Positions 39,699-50,700 of a stretch of 64,000 nt of DNA are shown here, in pieces (the stretch's first letter is position 1; each line of letters begins with the position of its first letter). This DNA is from Candidatus Hydrogenedentota bacterium. GTDB taxonomy: Bacteria > Hydrogenedentota > Hydrogenedentia > Hydrogenedentales > SLHB01. A model generated the notes under the pieces. That model saw only the letters and a list, made by a program, of their open reading frames with translations. It was not told the DNA's origin and ran no database searches. The position numbers and the translations under genes were made by a program. The DNA lies in contig DAIPKA010000033.1 of assembly GCA_036769985.1 (NCBI GenBank), positions 8,900 to 72,899 on the forward strand. The letters are read 5' to 3'.

Positions 39699-40283
39699 AT
39701 GACGGAAGAGAATCGGCTTGGCGCTAGGATCCGGCAGTTGCGCGAAGCCCGAGATATGTCTGTCCACGATCTCGCTGAACGCAGTCAGACGCACGAGGAG
39801 GCCATCGAGCAACTCGAGGCGGGCGAGTTAGTGCCATCACTCGCGCCGCTGCTCAAGATCGCGCGGGGGCTGGACGTCCGCTTGGGGACTCTGCTGGACG
39901 ACGATCCGCACGCCTCGCCCACGGTGGTGCGCGCGGGTCAGTCCGAGGCAGTGGTGCGATTCTCGGGCCTTGGGCCGACGTGCCTGAGCACGTTGGATTT
40001 CTTTGCCCTGGCCCAGAACAAAAAAGACCGCCACATGGAACCGTTCATCATCGACGTGCATCCGTCCGTCGAGGAGGAGTGCACCTTTTCGTTCCACGAA
40101 GGCGAGGAGTTCATCTACGTTCTTGCCGGCCAGATCGAGGTGTCCTACGGCAACGATCGGTACCTTCTTGCCGTCGGCGACAGCATCTACTACGACTCGA
40201 CGACGGCGCATCAAGTCAAAGCGGCCGGGGAATCCGACGCCCGGATCCTGGCGGTGGTCTATACGCCTTTCGTGGATGCCTGA
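39699..40283 (+). CDS. XRE-family HTH plus cupin-domain transcriptional regulator
   Basis: N-terminal HTH_XRE ([23 protein letters not shown]). C-terminal cupin_2 barrel. AGGAGGAAAG RBS. Confidence 0.75.
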   Translation: MTEENRLGARIRQLREARDMSVHDLAERSQTHEEAIEQLEAGELVPSLAPLLKIARGLDVRLGTLLDDDPHASPTVVRAGQSEAVVRFSGLGPTCLSTLDFFALAQNKKDRHMEPFIIDVHPSVEEECTFSFHEGEEFIYVLAGQIEVSYGNDRYLLAVGDSIYYDSTTAHQVKAAGESDARILAVVYTPFVDA

Positions 40284-40423
40284 GCGTCGCATCGCTGGCG
40301 CGTGCGTCCTTCGAGACAAACCTGCTATGCTCTCATCCGGCTGCGGAGCATGCCTTCGGCCAATCACGCATGATGTTCTTCGACGGGGCAAGCAGTCTCC
40401 CGTCGTCGAGAAAGGAACCCGCC

Positions 40424-41692
40424 ATGACTACGGACGCCACGGTTCAGAAGGCCTATGATCTCGCCCGAGCGCACTACGCCGAATGGGGCGTCGATACGGA
40501 CGCGGTGATGAGGCGCCTCGAAGGAATTCCGGTGTCGATGCACTGTTGGCAGGGCGACGACGTCGGTGGGTTCGAGTGCGTTGAGGCCGTGGATGGCGGC
40601 GGCATTCAGGCCACGGGAAACTACCCCGGCAAGGCGCGCACGGCCGATGAACTCCGCGCCGACGCCGAGAAGGCCTTCCGTCTAATCCCAGGGCGGCATC
40701 GCTTCAGCCTGCACGCCTGCTATGCCGAGACCGGCGGCGTGCGCGTCGATCGCGACGCATTGCAGCCCGAGCACTTCGCCGCGTGGATTGATTGGGCGAA
40801 GGCCGTCGGGATCGGTATCGACTTCAACCCGACATTCTTCGCCCATCCCAAGGCCGATGGCGGATTCACGCTGGCCAGCTACGACAAGGGCATCCGCGAC
40901 TTCTGGGTCGAACACGGCATCGCCTGCCGCAAGATCGGCGCACATATCGGCCGGGCCCTGGGGAGTGCCGCGGTCACCAACGTCTGGATTCCGGACGGTT
41001 ACAAGGATATCCCCGTGGACCGCCGGGCGCCGCGCGAGTTGCTCCGCGATTCCCTCGATCGGATATTCGCCGAGGATATCGATCCGAGGTACAACCTCGA
41101 CGCCGTCGAGAGCAAGCTGTTTGGCATCGGCTCGGAGAGTTACGTGGTCGGGTCGCATGAGTTCTACCTCGCGTACGCCGTCCAGCGCGGCAAGCTGCTT
41201 TGTCTCGATGCCGGACACTTTCATCCCACCGAGGTCATCTCCGACAAGCTCTCGGCCGTGCTCAGCTTCCTGGACGAGGTCTTGCTCCACGTGAGTCGGG
41301 GCGTACGGTGGGACAGCGACCACGTGATCATCCTCTCCGACGAACTGCGCGCTATCGCCCAGGAACTGGTCCGAGGCGACTATCTCGATCGGGTCCACAT
41401 CGGCCTCGATTTCTTTGACGCCAGCATCAACCGGATCGCGGCATGGGTTATCGGGACGCGCAACATGATCAAGGCGCTCCTGCTGGCCTTGCTCGAGCCA
41501 ACGGATCGGTTGCGGCAACTCGAGGTGGGCGGCGATTTCACCTCGCGGCTGGCCCTGCTGGAGGAACTGAAGACCTTGCCCGCCGGCGCGGTCTGGGATT
41601 TCTACTGCGCGCAGCACGGGGTTCCCGCCGGCGCGGCCTGGCTGGACGAGGTCAAGCGGTACGAAGCAGACGTGCTGTCCGCGCGCGGATGA
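40424..41692 (+). CDS. rhaA: L-rhamnose isomerase
   Basis: Strong full-length similarity to E. coli RhaA ([30 protein letters not shown]). 422 aa. Confidence 0.9.
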   Translation: MTTDATVQKAYDLARAHYAEWGVDTDAVMRRLEGIPVSMHCWQGDDVGGFECVEAVDGGGIQATGNYPGKARTADELRADAEKAFRLIPGRHRFSLHACYAETGGVRVDRDALQPEHFAAWIDWAKAVGIGIDFNPTFFAHPKADGGFTLASYDKGIRDFWVEHGIACRKIGAHIGRALGSAAVTNVWIPDGYKDIPVDRRAPRELLRDSLDRIFAEDIDPRYNLDAVESKLFGIGSESYVVGSHEFYLAYAVQRGKLLCLDAGHFHPTEVISDKLSAVLSFLDEVLLHVSRGVRWDSDHVIILSDELRAIAQELVRGDYLDRVHIGLDFFDASINRIAAWVIGTRNMIKALLLALLEPTDRLRQLEVGGDFTSRLALLEELKTLPAGAVWDFYCAQHGVPAGAAWLDEVKRYEADVLSARG

Positions 41693-41722
41693 CGTGCGCG
41701 AAGGCGCGGGAGAGGACACGCG

Positions 41723-42625
41723 ATGTACGAAGAGGCTATTCGCATTGGGACCTTGGTATCCGGCGGCGACGGCGGCCGGAACACCGCCGGCTACATTCGG
41801 CAAATCCTGCCGCACGGATTCGAGTCGTTCAGCATCACCTTCTGGCAGGTGCTCGGGCCGGTCGACCTTGATCGGCTCGCCGACGAGGTGCGCGGCGTCC
41901 TGGCCGATAGCGGCGCCGTGATCAGTAGCCTCGGTATCTTCGGCAATCCCCTCGAAACGAACGAGACGGCCGAAGCCACGCGCGACGGCTGGCGTCGCCT
42001 CATCGACGCCGCGCCGAGGTTCGGGTGCGATATCGTGGCGGGCTTTGCCGGGCGGCTGGTCGACCGGCGCATCGACGAGAGCGTGCCTCGTTTCGTTGAG
42101 ATCTTCATGCCGTTGGCTGAACGGGCCGCCGAGAAGGGCGTTCGTTTGGCATTTGAGAACTGCGATATGGGCGGCACCTGGGAGCGGGGCGACTGGAATA
42201 TGGCCCAGATCCCGGCCGCCTGGGATCTCATGTTCGAGGCCTTGCCGATGTCGAACATCGGCCTCGAGTGGGAGCCGTGTCATCAGATGGTCAAGCTGAT
42301 CGATCCGATGCCTCAACTGCGCCGCTACGTCTCGCGCATCTTCCACGTCCACGGCAAAGACGCCACCATCCTCTGGGATGTCGTACGCGAGCAGGGCATC
42401 TTCGGCGGCCAACCGTTCGCCTTTCACCGGACCCCCGGCTTTGGCGACAGCAACTGGGCGGACATCATCTCCGAACTGCGGCGCGGTGGATTCCGCGGCA
42501 GCATCGACATCGAGGGATGGCATGATCCCGTGTACCGCGAGGCCCTCGAGATGACCGGACAGGTGCACGGGCTCAACTACCTCAAGCGATGTCGCGGCGG
42601 CGACTACGTGCCCAACCCGTCTTGA
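41723..42625 (+). CDS. Sugar phosphate isomerase/epimerase (xylose-isomerase-like TIM barrel)
   Basis: AP_endonuc_2-like motifs (FENCD, HVHGKD, IDIEGWHD). Confidence 0.7.
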   Translation: MYEEAIRIGTLVSGGDGGRNTAGYIRQILPHGFESFSITFWQVLGPVDLDRLADEVRGVLADSGAVISSLGIFGNPLETNETAEATRDGWRRLIDAAPRFGCDIVAGFAGRLVDRRIDESVPRFVEIFMPLAERAAEKGVRLAFENCDMGGTWERGDWNMAQIPAAWDLMFEALPMSNIGLEWEPCHQMVKLIDPMPQLRRYVSRIFHVHGKDATILWDVVREQGIFGGQPFAFHRTPGFGDSNWADIISELRRGGFRGSIDIEGWHDPVYREALEMTGQVHGLNYLKRCRGGDYVPNPS

Positions 42626-42638
42626 TCCGATTCCGGCT

Positions 42639-44846
42639 ATGGATGACACATCGCGAACGTTGCGCGGAAACAGCGAATGCCCTGCCGGGCGTGGACGTCT
42701 TGTGCGACGTCTCGTCGAGACCGTTGTCGTTCTGACGATCACCGTGGGGCTGCTGGCGGCGCTCGAGGTCGGGCTGCGGCTGGCCCGGTTCGGGTACCCG
42801 ACCTCGTTTGCGCTCGAACAGCCTGTCCAGGGCGAGGCCGCGTACGTCAACAACGTGCGTTTCACTTGGCGGTACTTGCCCAAGGCGATGGCGCGCGAGT
42901 CGTGGCCCTTCACGATACCGGTGCGCAAAAGCGAGCGGACGTGCCGGGTCTTCGTTCTGGGGGGATCGGCCGCCCACGGCACACCCGCGCCCGCCTTTGG
43001 CTTGGCGCGTATGCTCAATGCCCAACTTGAGGCCGAGTTTCCGGACGTCCGGTTCGAGGTGGTGAACGCCGCCCTCGTCGCCGTCAACTCCCATGTGGTG
43101 CTGGATATTGCCCGCGACTGCGCCGAACTCGATCCCGACCTGTTCGTCGTCTACCTCGGCAACAACGAAGTCGTTGGCCCCTTCGGCGCTGGCACGGTGT
43201 TCGATCCCCTGGTGTCGAGTCGGACGTTGATCCGTGCGCGGCTTCTCGCAACGGCGACGCGTGTCGGCCAGTGGCTCGACACGCTTCGCGACCGCGCAGG
43301 TCATTCGCCGTCGGGGCCGTGGCGTGGTATGCAGATGTTTCTCGACCACCAAGTGCCGGCCGATGCGCCCGCCCTCGATACGGTGTACCGCCATTTCGAA
43401 GAGAACCTTGACGCCTTGTGCGCCTTGGCCGAACGACAGCGTATCCCAACGCTGCTGTGCACGGTAGCCGTGAACCTCCGCGACTGTCCGCCCTTCGCCT
43501 CGCAACACAAACGAGGTCTGGCCGCCGATGCCGAGGCGCAGTGGAATGCCCTTTATGAACAGGCGACGGCGTGCGAAGCCTCCGGCGACTCTGCGTCGGC
43601 GGTGGATCGCTGCGGCGAGGCGCTCGAGATCGACGCCGCGCACGCCGCGCTCCAGTTCCGCATGGCGCGCGCCCTTTCGAGTCTCGGCCGCGACGAGGAG
43701 GCCGGCGATCATTTCCGCCAGGCGCGTGAGCTCGATACCCTCCGATTCCGGGCCGATGCGCGCATCAACGCGATCATTCGAGCTGCTGCCGCGCGCGAGA
43801 GAGGACATCACGTGCGCCTCGTGGATGTCGAGGACGCCTTCGGTCAGGCCAGTCCTCACGGCCTGCCGGGCAACGAGTTCTTCCACGAGCACGTTCACCT
43901 CAACCTTGCGGGAAACCACCTCCTGGCGACAACCATCCTCGGGGAGGCCGTGGACGCGCTGCGCGATCGGTTCGGCACGGAGACCGGTGTGATCCTCGGC
44001 GTCCATGCCTGCGCCGAACGCCTCGCGTACACACAATGGGACGAATACAACGTGCAGGAGTTCATGCTGAACCGTTTCCTTGCGCGTCCTCCATTCACGA
44101 ACCAAATCGATCACGAGGCCCGTCTGCACGAGCGACTCGTCGCCTTCGCCGATCTCTGTAACACAATCACGCCCGACGTCGTCCAGGGCATCGATGAGCA
44201 ATACAAGCAGGCCGTCGGTGAATACCCCAAGGACTGCGACATCCGGTGCAACTATGCCCAGTTCCTCGATACTGCCCTGGCGCGGTACGAGGACGCCTGC
44301 GCACAACTGACCCGGTCGCTCGTGGCGCGTCCCAACGATGTGGCGGGCCTACATCTCTTGGCCGGAATCCTGCTACACGCCGGGCGGCCGGTCGAGGCCG
44401 TGCAGGCCGCCGAACGGGCAGTATCGCTACGGCCCTACGACGCGGAGGTCCGTCAAGGGCTGGCCCTGGCCCTGGCGCGTTCGGGCGAGACCGAGCGAGC
44501 CATCTTCGCGTTCCGCGAAGCGCTCCACCTCGATCCCGAGTACGTCGACGCCCACGTGAATCTGGGCATTGCCTTGGCCAAGCAAGGCCGTCACAGCGAG
44601 GCCGTTGCCGAGTACCAAGCCGTACTGGAATGGATGCCGGAGTCCGTGGACGCCCTGGTGTATTGCGGTCTATCGTTGCGGGAGCTCGGGCGATTCGACG
44701 AAGCGATCCAGTCCTTCCGGCGGGCGCTCGAACTCAATCCGGCCCATCCCACCGTGCGCGTCGATATGGATAAGACGCTCGAAATGGTGCACAATAGCGC
44801 GACTCCGAACGCGTCGAGTCCGGAGCACCCAACCAACCCTGACTGA
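42639..44846 (+). CDS. TPR-repeat protein with an N-terminal membrane anchor and a possible SGNH-hydrolase-like domain
   Basis: N-terminal TM helix. Block VFVLGGSAAHG ... YLGNNEV is GDSL/SGNH-like (tentative). At least six TPR units in the C-terminal half. Confidence 0.65.
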   Translation: MDDTSRTLRGNSECPAGRGRLVRRLVETVVVLTITVGLLAALEVGLRLARFGYPTSFALEQPVQGEAAYVNNVRFTWRYLPKAMARESWPFTIPVRKSERTCRVFVLGGSAAHGTPAPAFGLARMLNAQLEAEFPDVRFEVVNAALVAVNSHVVLDIARDCAELDPDLFVVYLGNNEVVGPFGAGTVFDPLVSSRTLIRARLLATATRVGQWLDTLRDRAGHSPSGPWRGMQMFLDHQVPADAPALDTVYRHFEENLDALCALAERQRIPTLLCTVAVNLRDCPPFASQHKRGLAADAEAQWNALYEQATACEASGDSASAVDRCGEALEIDAAHAALQFRMARALSSLGRDEEAGDHFRQARELDTLRFRADARINAIIRAAAARERGHHVRLVDVEDAFGQASPHGLPGNEFFHEHVHLNLAGNHLLATTILGEAVDALRDRFGTETGVILGVHACAERLAYTQWDEYNVQEFMLNRFLARPPFTNQIDHEARLHERLVAFADLCNTITPDVVQGIDEQYKQAVGEYPKDCDIRCNYAQFLDTALARYEDACAQLTRSLVARPNDVAGLHLLAGILLHAGRPVEAVQAAERAVSLRPYDAEVRQGLALALARSGETERAIFAFREALHLDPEYVDAHVNLGIALAKQGRHSEAVAEYQAVLEWMPESVDALVYCGLSLRELGRFDEAIQSFRRALELNPAHPTVRVDMDKTLEMVHNSATPNASSPEHPTNPD

Positions 44847-44855
44847 GGACCTGCA

Positions 44856-45899
44856 ATGAAGGCATACGGAATCACGCTGAATTGGCTTGCGGCGATCGGC
44901 GTAGCGATGTGTGGCGCGGCCTGTGCCCAGGACGCGGCCGAGCAAGCGCTCCGCGACGAGCTGCGCGCCGTCTCGCACCGGATCCTGTTCGAGCGCTACG
45001 ACGACAACAACTGGGAACTGTACATCATGAACGCGGACGGATCCGATGCGTTCAACCTGACACAGACGCCGGATAGCCACGAGCTGTATCCACAAGCCTC
45101 GCCCGATGGCCGGCGCATCTGCTTCCTCTTGGATGTCGAGCGCGCCGGCGACACGATCCGGAGCGTGTATTACATGAACGCGGACGGATCCGGCCGCACA
45201 TGCGTTGCCGAGAAGGTGCGGCAGCCCTGCTGGAGTCCGGACGGCAAAACGATCGCCTTCGTGAAACAGGAGTTCGATCGGTTCAAGACCACGGACTTCG
45301 CCAGCAAGCGGCTGTATCTCTACGACCTCGAGAGCGGTGCGACCACCGAGCATCCCAACGCGGCGATTGAACATCTCTACAATCTGTCCTGGGCGGCCGA
45401 CGGCCGCTGGATCGTGTCGACCGTGCACGCCGGGATGGGGCTCAGCCACGGCATCGTGGCCATCGAGATCGGCGGCATGCGTGTCGTGAATCTGAATGTC
45501 GGCGGATGCCGCCCGTGTGTGAGTCCTGACGGCAGCGCCCTGACGTGGAGCACCAACGACCACACGATCGAACGGGCCAGCATCGATTTCGGCGGCGATG
45601 AGCCCAAGGTGAGCAACCTGGCCGACGTGTATCACGAGGAAGAGACGCACCTCTACCATCCGGACTTCTCGCCCGATGGAAAGTATATTACCTTCAGCGG
45701 GGGACCGGGCGGGCGCATGCCGGCGGCAGGCCCCGGAACCCATGTCGACGTCGCCGAGATGGTTGGCGTGTGCGGCGTGTGGGACGTTTACCTCAAGCGG
45801 GCCGACGGCACGGGTCCCGTCATCCGCCTCACTCAGGAGCCTCGCAAATCGAACAAGGAATCGGAATGGCTGCCCGGCCGCACGGGAGATTCGAAATGA
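44856..45899 (+). CDS. TolB-like PD40 beta-propeller repeat protein (secreted)
   Basis: Signal peptide. Repeated ASPDGRRICF, WSPDGKTIAF, FSPDGKYITF motifs. Confidence 0.7.
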   Translation: MKAYGITLNWLAAIGVAMCGAACAQDAAEQALRDELRAVSHRILFERYDDNNWELYIMNADGSDAFNLTQTPDSHELYPQASPDGRRICFLLDVERAGDTIRSVYYMNADGSGRTCVAEKVRQPCWSPDGKTIAFVKQEFDRFKTTDFASKRLYLYDLESGATTEHPNAAIEHLYNLSWAADGRWIVSTVHAGMGLSHGIVAIEIGGMRVVNLNVGGCRPCVSPDGSALTWSTNDHTIERASIDFGGDEPKVSNLADVYHEEETHLYHPDFSPDGKYITFSGGPGGRMPAAGPGTHVDVAEMVGVCGVWDVYLKRADGTGPVIRLTQEPRKSNKESEWLPGRTGDSK

Positions 45900-46771
45900 C
45901 GCGGCTCGCATTCATCCTGACCTGCGCGGTCACGCTGGTATCGTGCGGGAAACCCGCTCCCTTCGGATCCACGCATGCCGCCCCATCGAAAACGCAACGC
46001 ACAGAGATCACAACCCCGTCCGGCGTGCCGATGATCCTCGTGCCGGGCGGTGCGTTCACGATGGGTTCAACCGAGGGCGCCGACGACGAGGCGCCGCCGC
46101 ATACCGTCTCCGTGTCATCCTTCGCCATGGACACGTATGAGGTCACGCAAGACCAATTCGCCAACGCGCAGGAGCCTAATCCGTCGCACTTCAAGGGGCC
46201 GCGGCGGCCCGTCGAGCAGATCCGGTGGTCGGACGCGGCGTTGTTCTGCAACATCCGCTCGCGCATGGACGGTCTCGAACCGTGCTACGATGAGTTCTCC
46301 TTCGAGTGCCACTTCGACGCCAGTGGCTATCGCCTTCCCACGGAAGCCGAGTGGGAGTACGCCGCGCGCGCCGGCGCGGACACCGTCTACGATTTCGGCA
46401 ACGACGCTCGCGAGCTCAAAGCCTACGCGTGCTACGCGAACAACGCCACGGAAAAGACCGACGAGTCCGGACGCAAGCGCCCCAATCGTTGGGGCTTCCA
46501 CGATCTCTACGGAAACGTGGCCGAGTGGTGTCACGACGCGTACAGCGCCACGTACTATGCCGAGAGTCCCGAGACAGATCCCCGTGGACCGGATGAGGGT
46601 GTCAAGCGTGTGATGCGCGGCGGCGCGTGGAACTCGGGGGCCGACGCGTGCCGCGCCACGGCGCGTGCCGCCGAGTCGCCGGGAATCACGGATGCGTGTT
46701 TCGCGCGCGACACGTTCGGGTTCCGTTGTGTCCGGCGCATTAATGAGGACGAAGCGGCCAAGATCCGCTGA
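45896..46771 (+). CDS. Formylglycine-generating-enzyme (FGE/SUMF1) family protein, lipoprotein; ATGA-coupled to the upstream PD40 gene
   Basis: Lipobox LVSC. FGE-sulfatase domain motifs (MILVPGGAFTMGS, YRLPTEAEWEYAARAG, RVMRGGAWNS). Confidence 0.8.
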   Translation: MTRLAFILTCAVTLVSCGKPAPFGSTHAAPSKTQRTEITTPSGVPMILVPGGAFTMGSTEGADDEAPPHTVSVSSFAMDTYEVTQDQFANAQEPNPSHFKGPRRPVEQIRWSDAALFCNIRSRMDGLEPCYDEFSFECHFDASGYRLPTEAEWEYAARAGADTVYDFGNDARELKAYACYANNATEKTDESGRKRPNRWGFHDLYGNVAEWCHDAYSATYYAESPETDPRGPDEGVKRVMRGGAWNSGADACRATARAAESPGITDACFARDTFGFRCVRRINEDEAAKIR

Positions 46772-46865
46772 TGCGTCGTGGCCAACCGGTTGAATCCATA
46801 GGCGAGGACAACCACAATCGAGCGAACCGACGGGTGGTCTGCAACATCTGAGGGAGAACGCATCC

Positions 46866-47723
46866 ATGGTATCCGCGATGAATCGTCGATCATTCATGAA
46901 GGCCGCCGGCACGGTAGCCGCGGCCACCGTCGCTGTGAGCGCGGCGAGCCCGGCCACCTCGGGCGAGTTCACGGGCCAGATCAAGAAGGCCGTGAAATAC
47001 GACATGATCCAAGGCGACTTCTCGGTCGTCGAGAAGTTTCAGTTGCTCAAAGACATCGGCTTCGATGGCGTCGAACCCAGCGTCCGCGAGAAGGTGGATC
47101 CTGAAGAGATGCTGGCGGCGAGCAAGGCCACCGGATTGCCGATTCACGGCGTCGTGAACGGATCGACCGCAGACCTCCGCGCCGCCGTCGACCGCGCCAA
47201 GTGCTACGGCGCCAGCAGCGTGTTGGTCGTGGCGGGGCGCGTCAACGAGGAAATGTCGTACGCGGACAACTACACGGCCACTCAAGCGACGATTCGCGAG
47301 GCCATTCCCTACGCCGAGGCGAATCAGATCATGCTTCTTGTGGAAAACGTCTGGAACAACTTCCTGCTGAGTCCGCTCGAAATGGCGCGGTACATCGACG
47401 AACTCGAGAGCGAGTGGGTGGGGGTGTATTTTGATGTCGGCAACGTGGTGCGCTTCGCCTGGCCCGAGCATTGGATCCCGGTGTTGGGAAAGCGGATCCG
47501 CAAACTGGACATCAAAGAGTACAGCCGGCAGAAGCAGAATGACGAGGGGCTCTGGAAGGGGTTTAACGTCGAGATCGGTGAGGGAAGCATCGACTGGACC
47601 GCGGTGCGCCGCGAGTTGAAGAAGATCGGATACTCGAGCTGGGCCACGGCCGAAGTGGGGGGCGGCGGTCGCGAACGTCTCGAAGACATTGCGCGCCGTA
47701 TGAATCAAGTACTCGACCTATAG
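46866..47723 (+). CDS. Tat-secreted sugar phosphate isomerase/epimerase family protein
   Basis: Twin-arginine signal RRSFMKAAG. Xylose-isomerase-like TIM barrel. Confidence 0.7.
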   Translation: MVSAMNRRSFMKAAGTVAAATVAVSAASPATSGEFTGQIKKAVKYDMIQGDFSVVEKFQLLKDIGFDGVEPSVREKVDPEEMLAASKATGLPIHGVVNGSTADLRAAVDRAKCYGASSVLVVAGRVNEEMSYADNYTATQATIREAIPYAEANQIMLLVENVWNNFLLSPLEMARYIDELESEWVGVYFDVGNVVRFAWPEHWIPVLGKRIRKLDIKEYSRQKQNDEGLWKGFNVEIGEGSIDWTAVRRELKKIGYSSWATAEVGGGGRERLEDIARRMNQVLDL

Positions 47724-47732
47724 CCAAACGAA

Positions 47733-47774
47733 GCGCCCCGCCAAACCGCCACACGTTCGGCGGGGCGCCTTTTC
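47733..47774. terminator. Intrinsic terminator hairpin (gcgccccgcc ... ggcggggcgc followed by cttttct) between convergent genes
   Basis: A 10-bp GC stem and a T-run, immediately after the stop at 47723 and before the convergent stop at 47782. Confidence 0.5.
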
Positions 47775-47781
47775 TCGGCGG

Positions 47782-50700
47782 TTACGACCTCTTGCGACGC
47801 GCGACCGCGGCCCCAACCAGCGCGGTCAACCCCGTCAGCAGACCCACGGCGAGTCCGCCGGCCGCCGGCACCTCCGGGATGACCGACAACTGGAACCGAG
47901 GCGACGAGTACTGCGTCTCGGTAACGTCCCAGACCTCGCAGTAGTACTCGCCCTCATCGTAGGGGCCGATATTGATGATTTGCAGGAGCGGTCCCGTCGC
48001 CCCGGGAATCGGCATGGCATCATCCGTCAGCGAGTCGAAGAACCATTGGTAATGGATAACGCCTGTGTTTCCGGTCGCGACGACCTCAAACTGGCACGAT
48101 TCCTTGACGCCTCGGGACACCGCCGTGTCGCCCAACAGGGTCACCTCGATCGGTTCGGTGTCCAGGATGATGCTGTCGGCGAAGGGCGTTGTCGTCACGA
48201 GTCCGACGCCGTCTTTGAGTTGACCACGAACGACACGGATGCCGTCCCCAGTTCCGAGATCCCACGCGGTGCTCGTCGAGAACGGCTGCCACGGACTCCA
48301 GGTAGCGCCGCCGTCATTGCTGAAACGCATCTCGGAGGCACCCGAGCCCAGGTCGCCGTCGGTCAGGCCGAGCGTCACGGCCGTGCTCGTGGCTATCGCC
48401 GTACCACCGTCGATGATCAGCGTGCCCGTGGGCGGGGCGGTGTCGTACCTAACCTGGCCGTCCTCGCTTGTGGAGGCCGCGCTGGATTTCCCGGCGAGGT
48501 CTTGCGCCGCAGCGGCCCCGACGGCCGCCGTGATCGTGCCGTCCGCCCCTACACTGTCGATCTGGATGGTGTACAGTGCCCCGGAACCGCTCACGTGGTA
48601 CGTGACACCGGTCGCACTGCCGCCTATCTGGACGTCACCGTAGGCAAAACCGTCCACGAGTTCGGAGAAGGTCACGTCGAAGACAATGGGCAGGCTCCCG
48701 GCCGGATCGCTCTGTCCTGCGCCCTGCTCGACCGTGACGGTGGGCGCCGAGGCCTCATAGGCGACGGAGTTATCGACGCTGGCCGATGCCGCGTTCCCGT
48801 TACCGGCGGCGTCGTGAACCGCGTCTTCCGCGATAACCGGAACGATAGTGCCATCGTTCGCGGAGACAACGCGCAACGTGTAGACCGGCCCGGTCCCGAT
48901 GATTTCGAAGACGACGTTCCGCGCCGTGCCGGTATTCGTTACAGACGCCGCAGCGAAGTCCACGACTTCCTCCGAGAATGCCACGTCGAACGCGATGGGC
49001 AGTGAGGCGGTGGGATCCGATTGGGTGCCGCCTTGCTCGATGGTCAGCGTCGGTGCCGTGGCATCGTAGCGCACAGCCCCATCGGGTCCTGTGGCCGCGG
49101 AGTTGCCGTTCCCGGCCGTGTCGTGCCACACGCCGGCCGCAATCACGGGCACGATGGTCCCATCCGTGGTGGCGGTGGCTTCAACGGTGAACTCCACATC
49201 GCTGATCGGTACTAACGAGAACACCACGCCCGAGGCCGTACCCGCGTTCGTGATGTCGGCCACGTCCAGATCGACAACCGGATCGGACAACGTCATGTCG
49301 AACACGATGGGCAGTGTCCGGGCCGGATCGCCTTGGCCGGCGCCCTGCGTCAAGGTTACGGAAGGCGCTTGCGCGTCGTAATCCACGCGGTTATCGAGAC
49401 TGGTCGAGACATGGTTGATCTCGTTCGACATGTCCATCAACACACCCTCGGGAATACTGGGGATGACCGAACCGCTATCGGCCACATCCGTGACCCGGAT
49501 CTCGTACCTGTCTCCAGGGAAAGGCCCGACGAGATCGAAGTCGAGAATGATGGCCGTACCGCTGAACACGATATCGCCCTCGCCAAATCCCGTAACCGGT
49601 TCCGAAAACTCGACATCGAACACGATGGGCAACGTGCCTGTCGGATCCCCTTGGGCCGCGTGTTGCTCGACGCTGACGGTCGGGCGGATCGTGTCCACCG
49701 TGATGATGTTGTCATCACTGGTCGATGCCAGGCTCCAGTTGAAGAACATGTCTCGGGCGGCATTGGCCAACACCGAAGCGGTTACGGTGCCATCGGCACT
49801 GGCGAGTTGGACCTCGATCCGGTATTCCGACGGGCTGACGGTCATCACGGTGTAGCTGTCCACCGTGGCCGTGCCCCCTATGAACACATCGCTGTGCCCG
49901 AAGCCCCACACCGGCTCACTGAACACGACGTCGAAGTACAGCGGCGCCGTGCTGGTGGGGTCGCGCTGCGTGGCGGCCCGGTTGACCGTGACCGTGGGCG
50001 GAGACACATCGTACGCGACCACGTTGTCGCCGCCGCCGTCCGACGAATCGGTGATGCCGTTCCCGGCCACGTCCTCCACGCTGCCCGCCGGAAGGAACGG
50101 CTCGATGGTTCCATCGTCCACGGCTGAGTCTATCTGGATGTCCCAGGTGATGCTATCAGTGGTGTTCAGGGTGATGCCGAGGCCGGACGCCGAACCGAGG
50201 TTGACGACATCGCCCGCTTCGAATCCGTACGCCGGTTCCGAGAAGACCGCCGTGAAATGGATAGGCAGGTTCTCGGTGGGGTCTTCCGTCTGCGTGGCGG
50301 CCTGATTGACCGTCGCCGAAGGAATGGATCGCTTGAGGGTGATGCTCGCGCTCGCCACATCCGATTCGTTCTGCGCAGCGTCGCGCACTCTTGCGTAGAT
50401 CGTGTGTTCTTCATCGCTGTCCGGCAGTTCGAAGGAGGTCGTGTCCACCCATGCTGTCCACGGATCGAAAGACACACCATCCAAGCTGAACGCCATCTCG
50501 ACGAGTCCCGACGCCGAACCCTCCGGTACGTCGGGATCCTCCGCATCTAGCGTCAGCGTGACGTTCCGGTCGGTGGCATACGTGGCCCCGCCGTTGATAC
50601 TCAGCGACGACACAAGCGGTACAGAACGATCGATGCGGACGGCGCCCGTCGCGCTCCACGTCAGGGAGTTCCCCGCGACATCGCGGATGCTCGCACCCGT

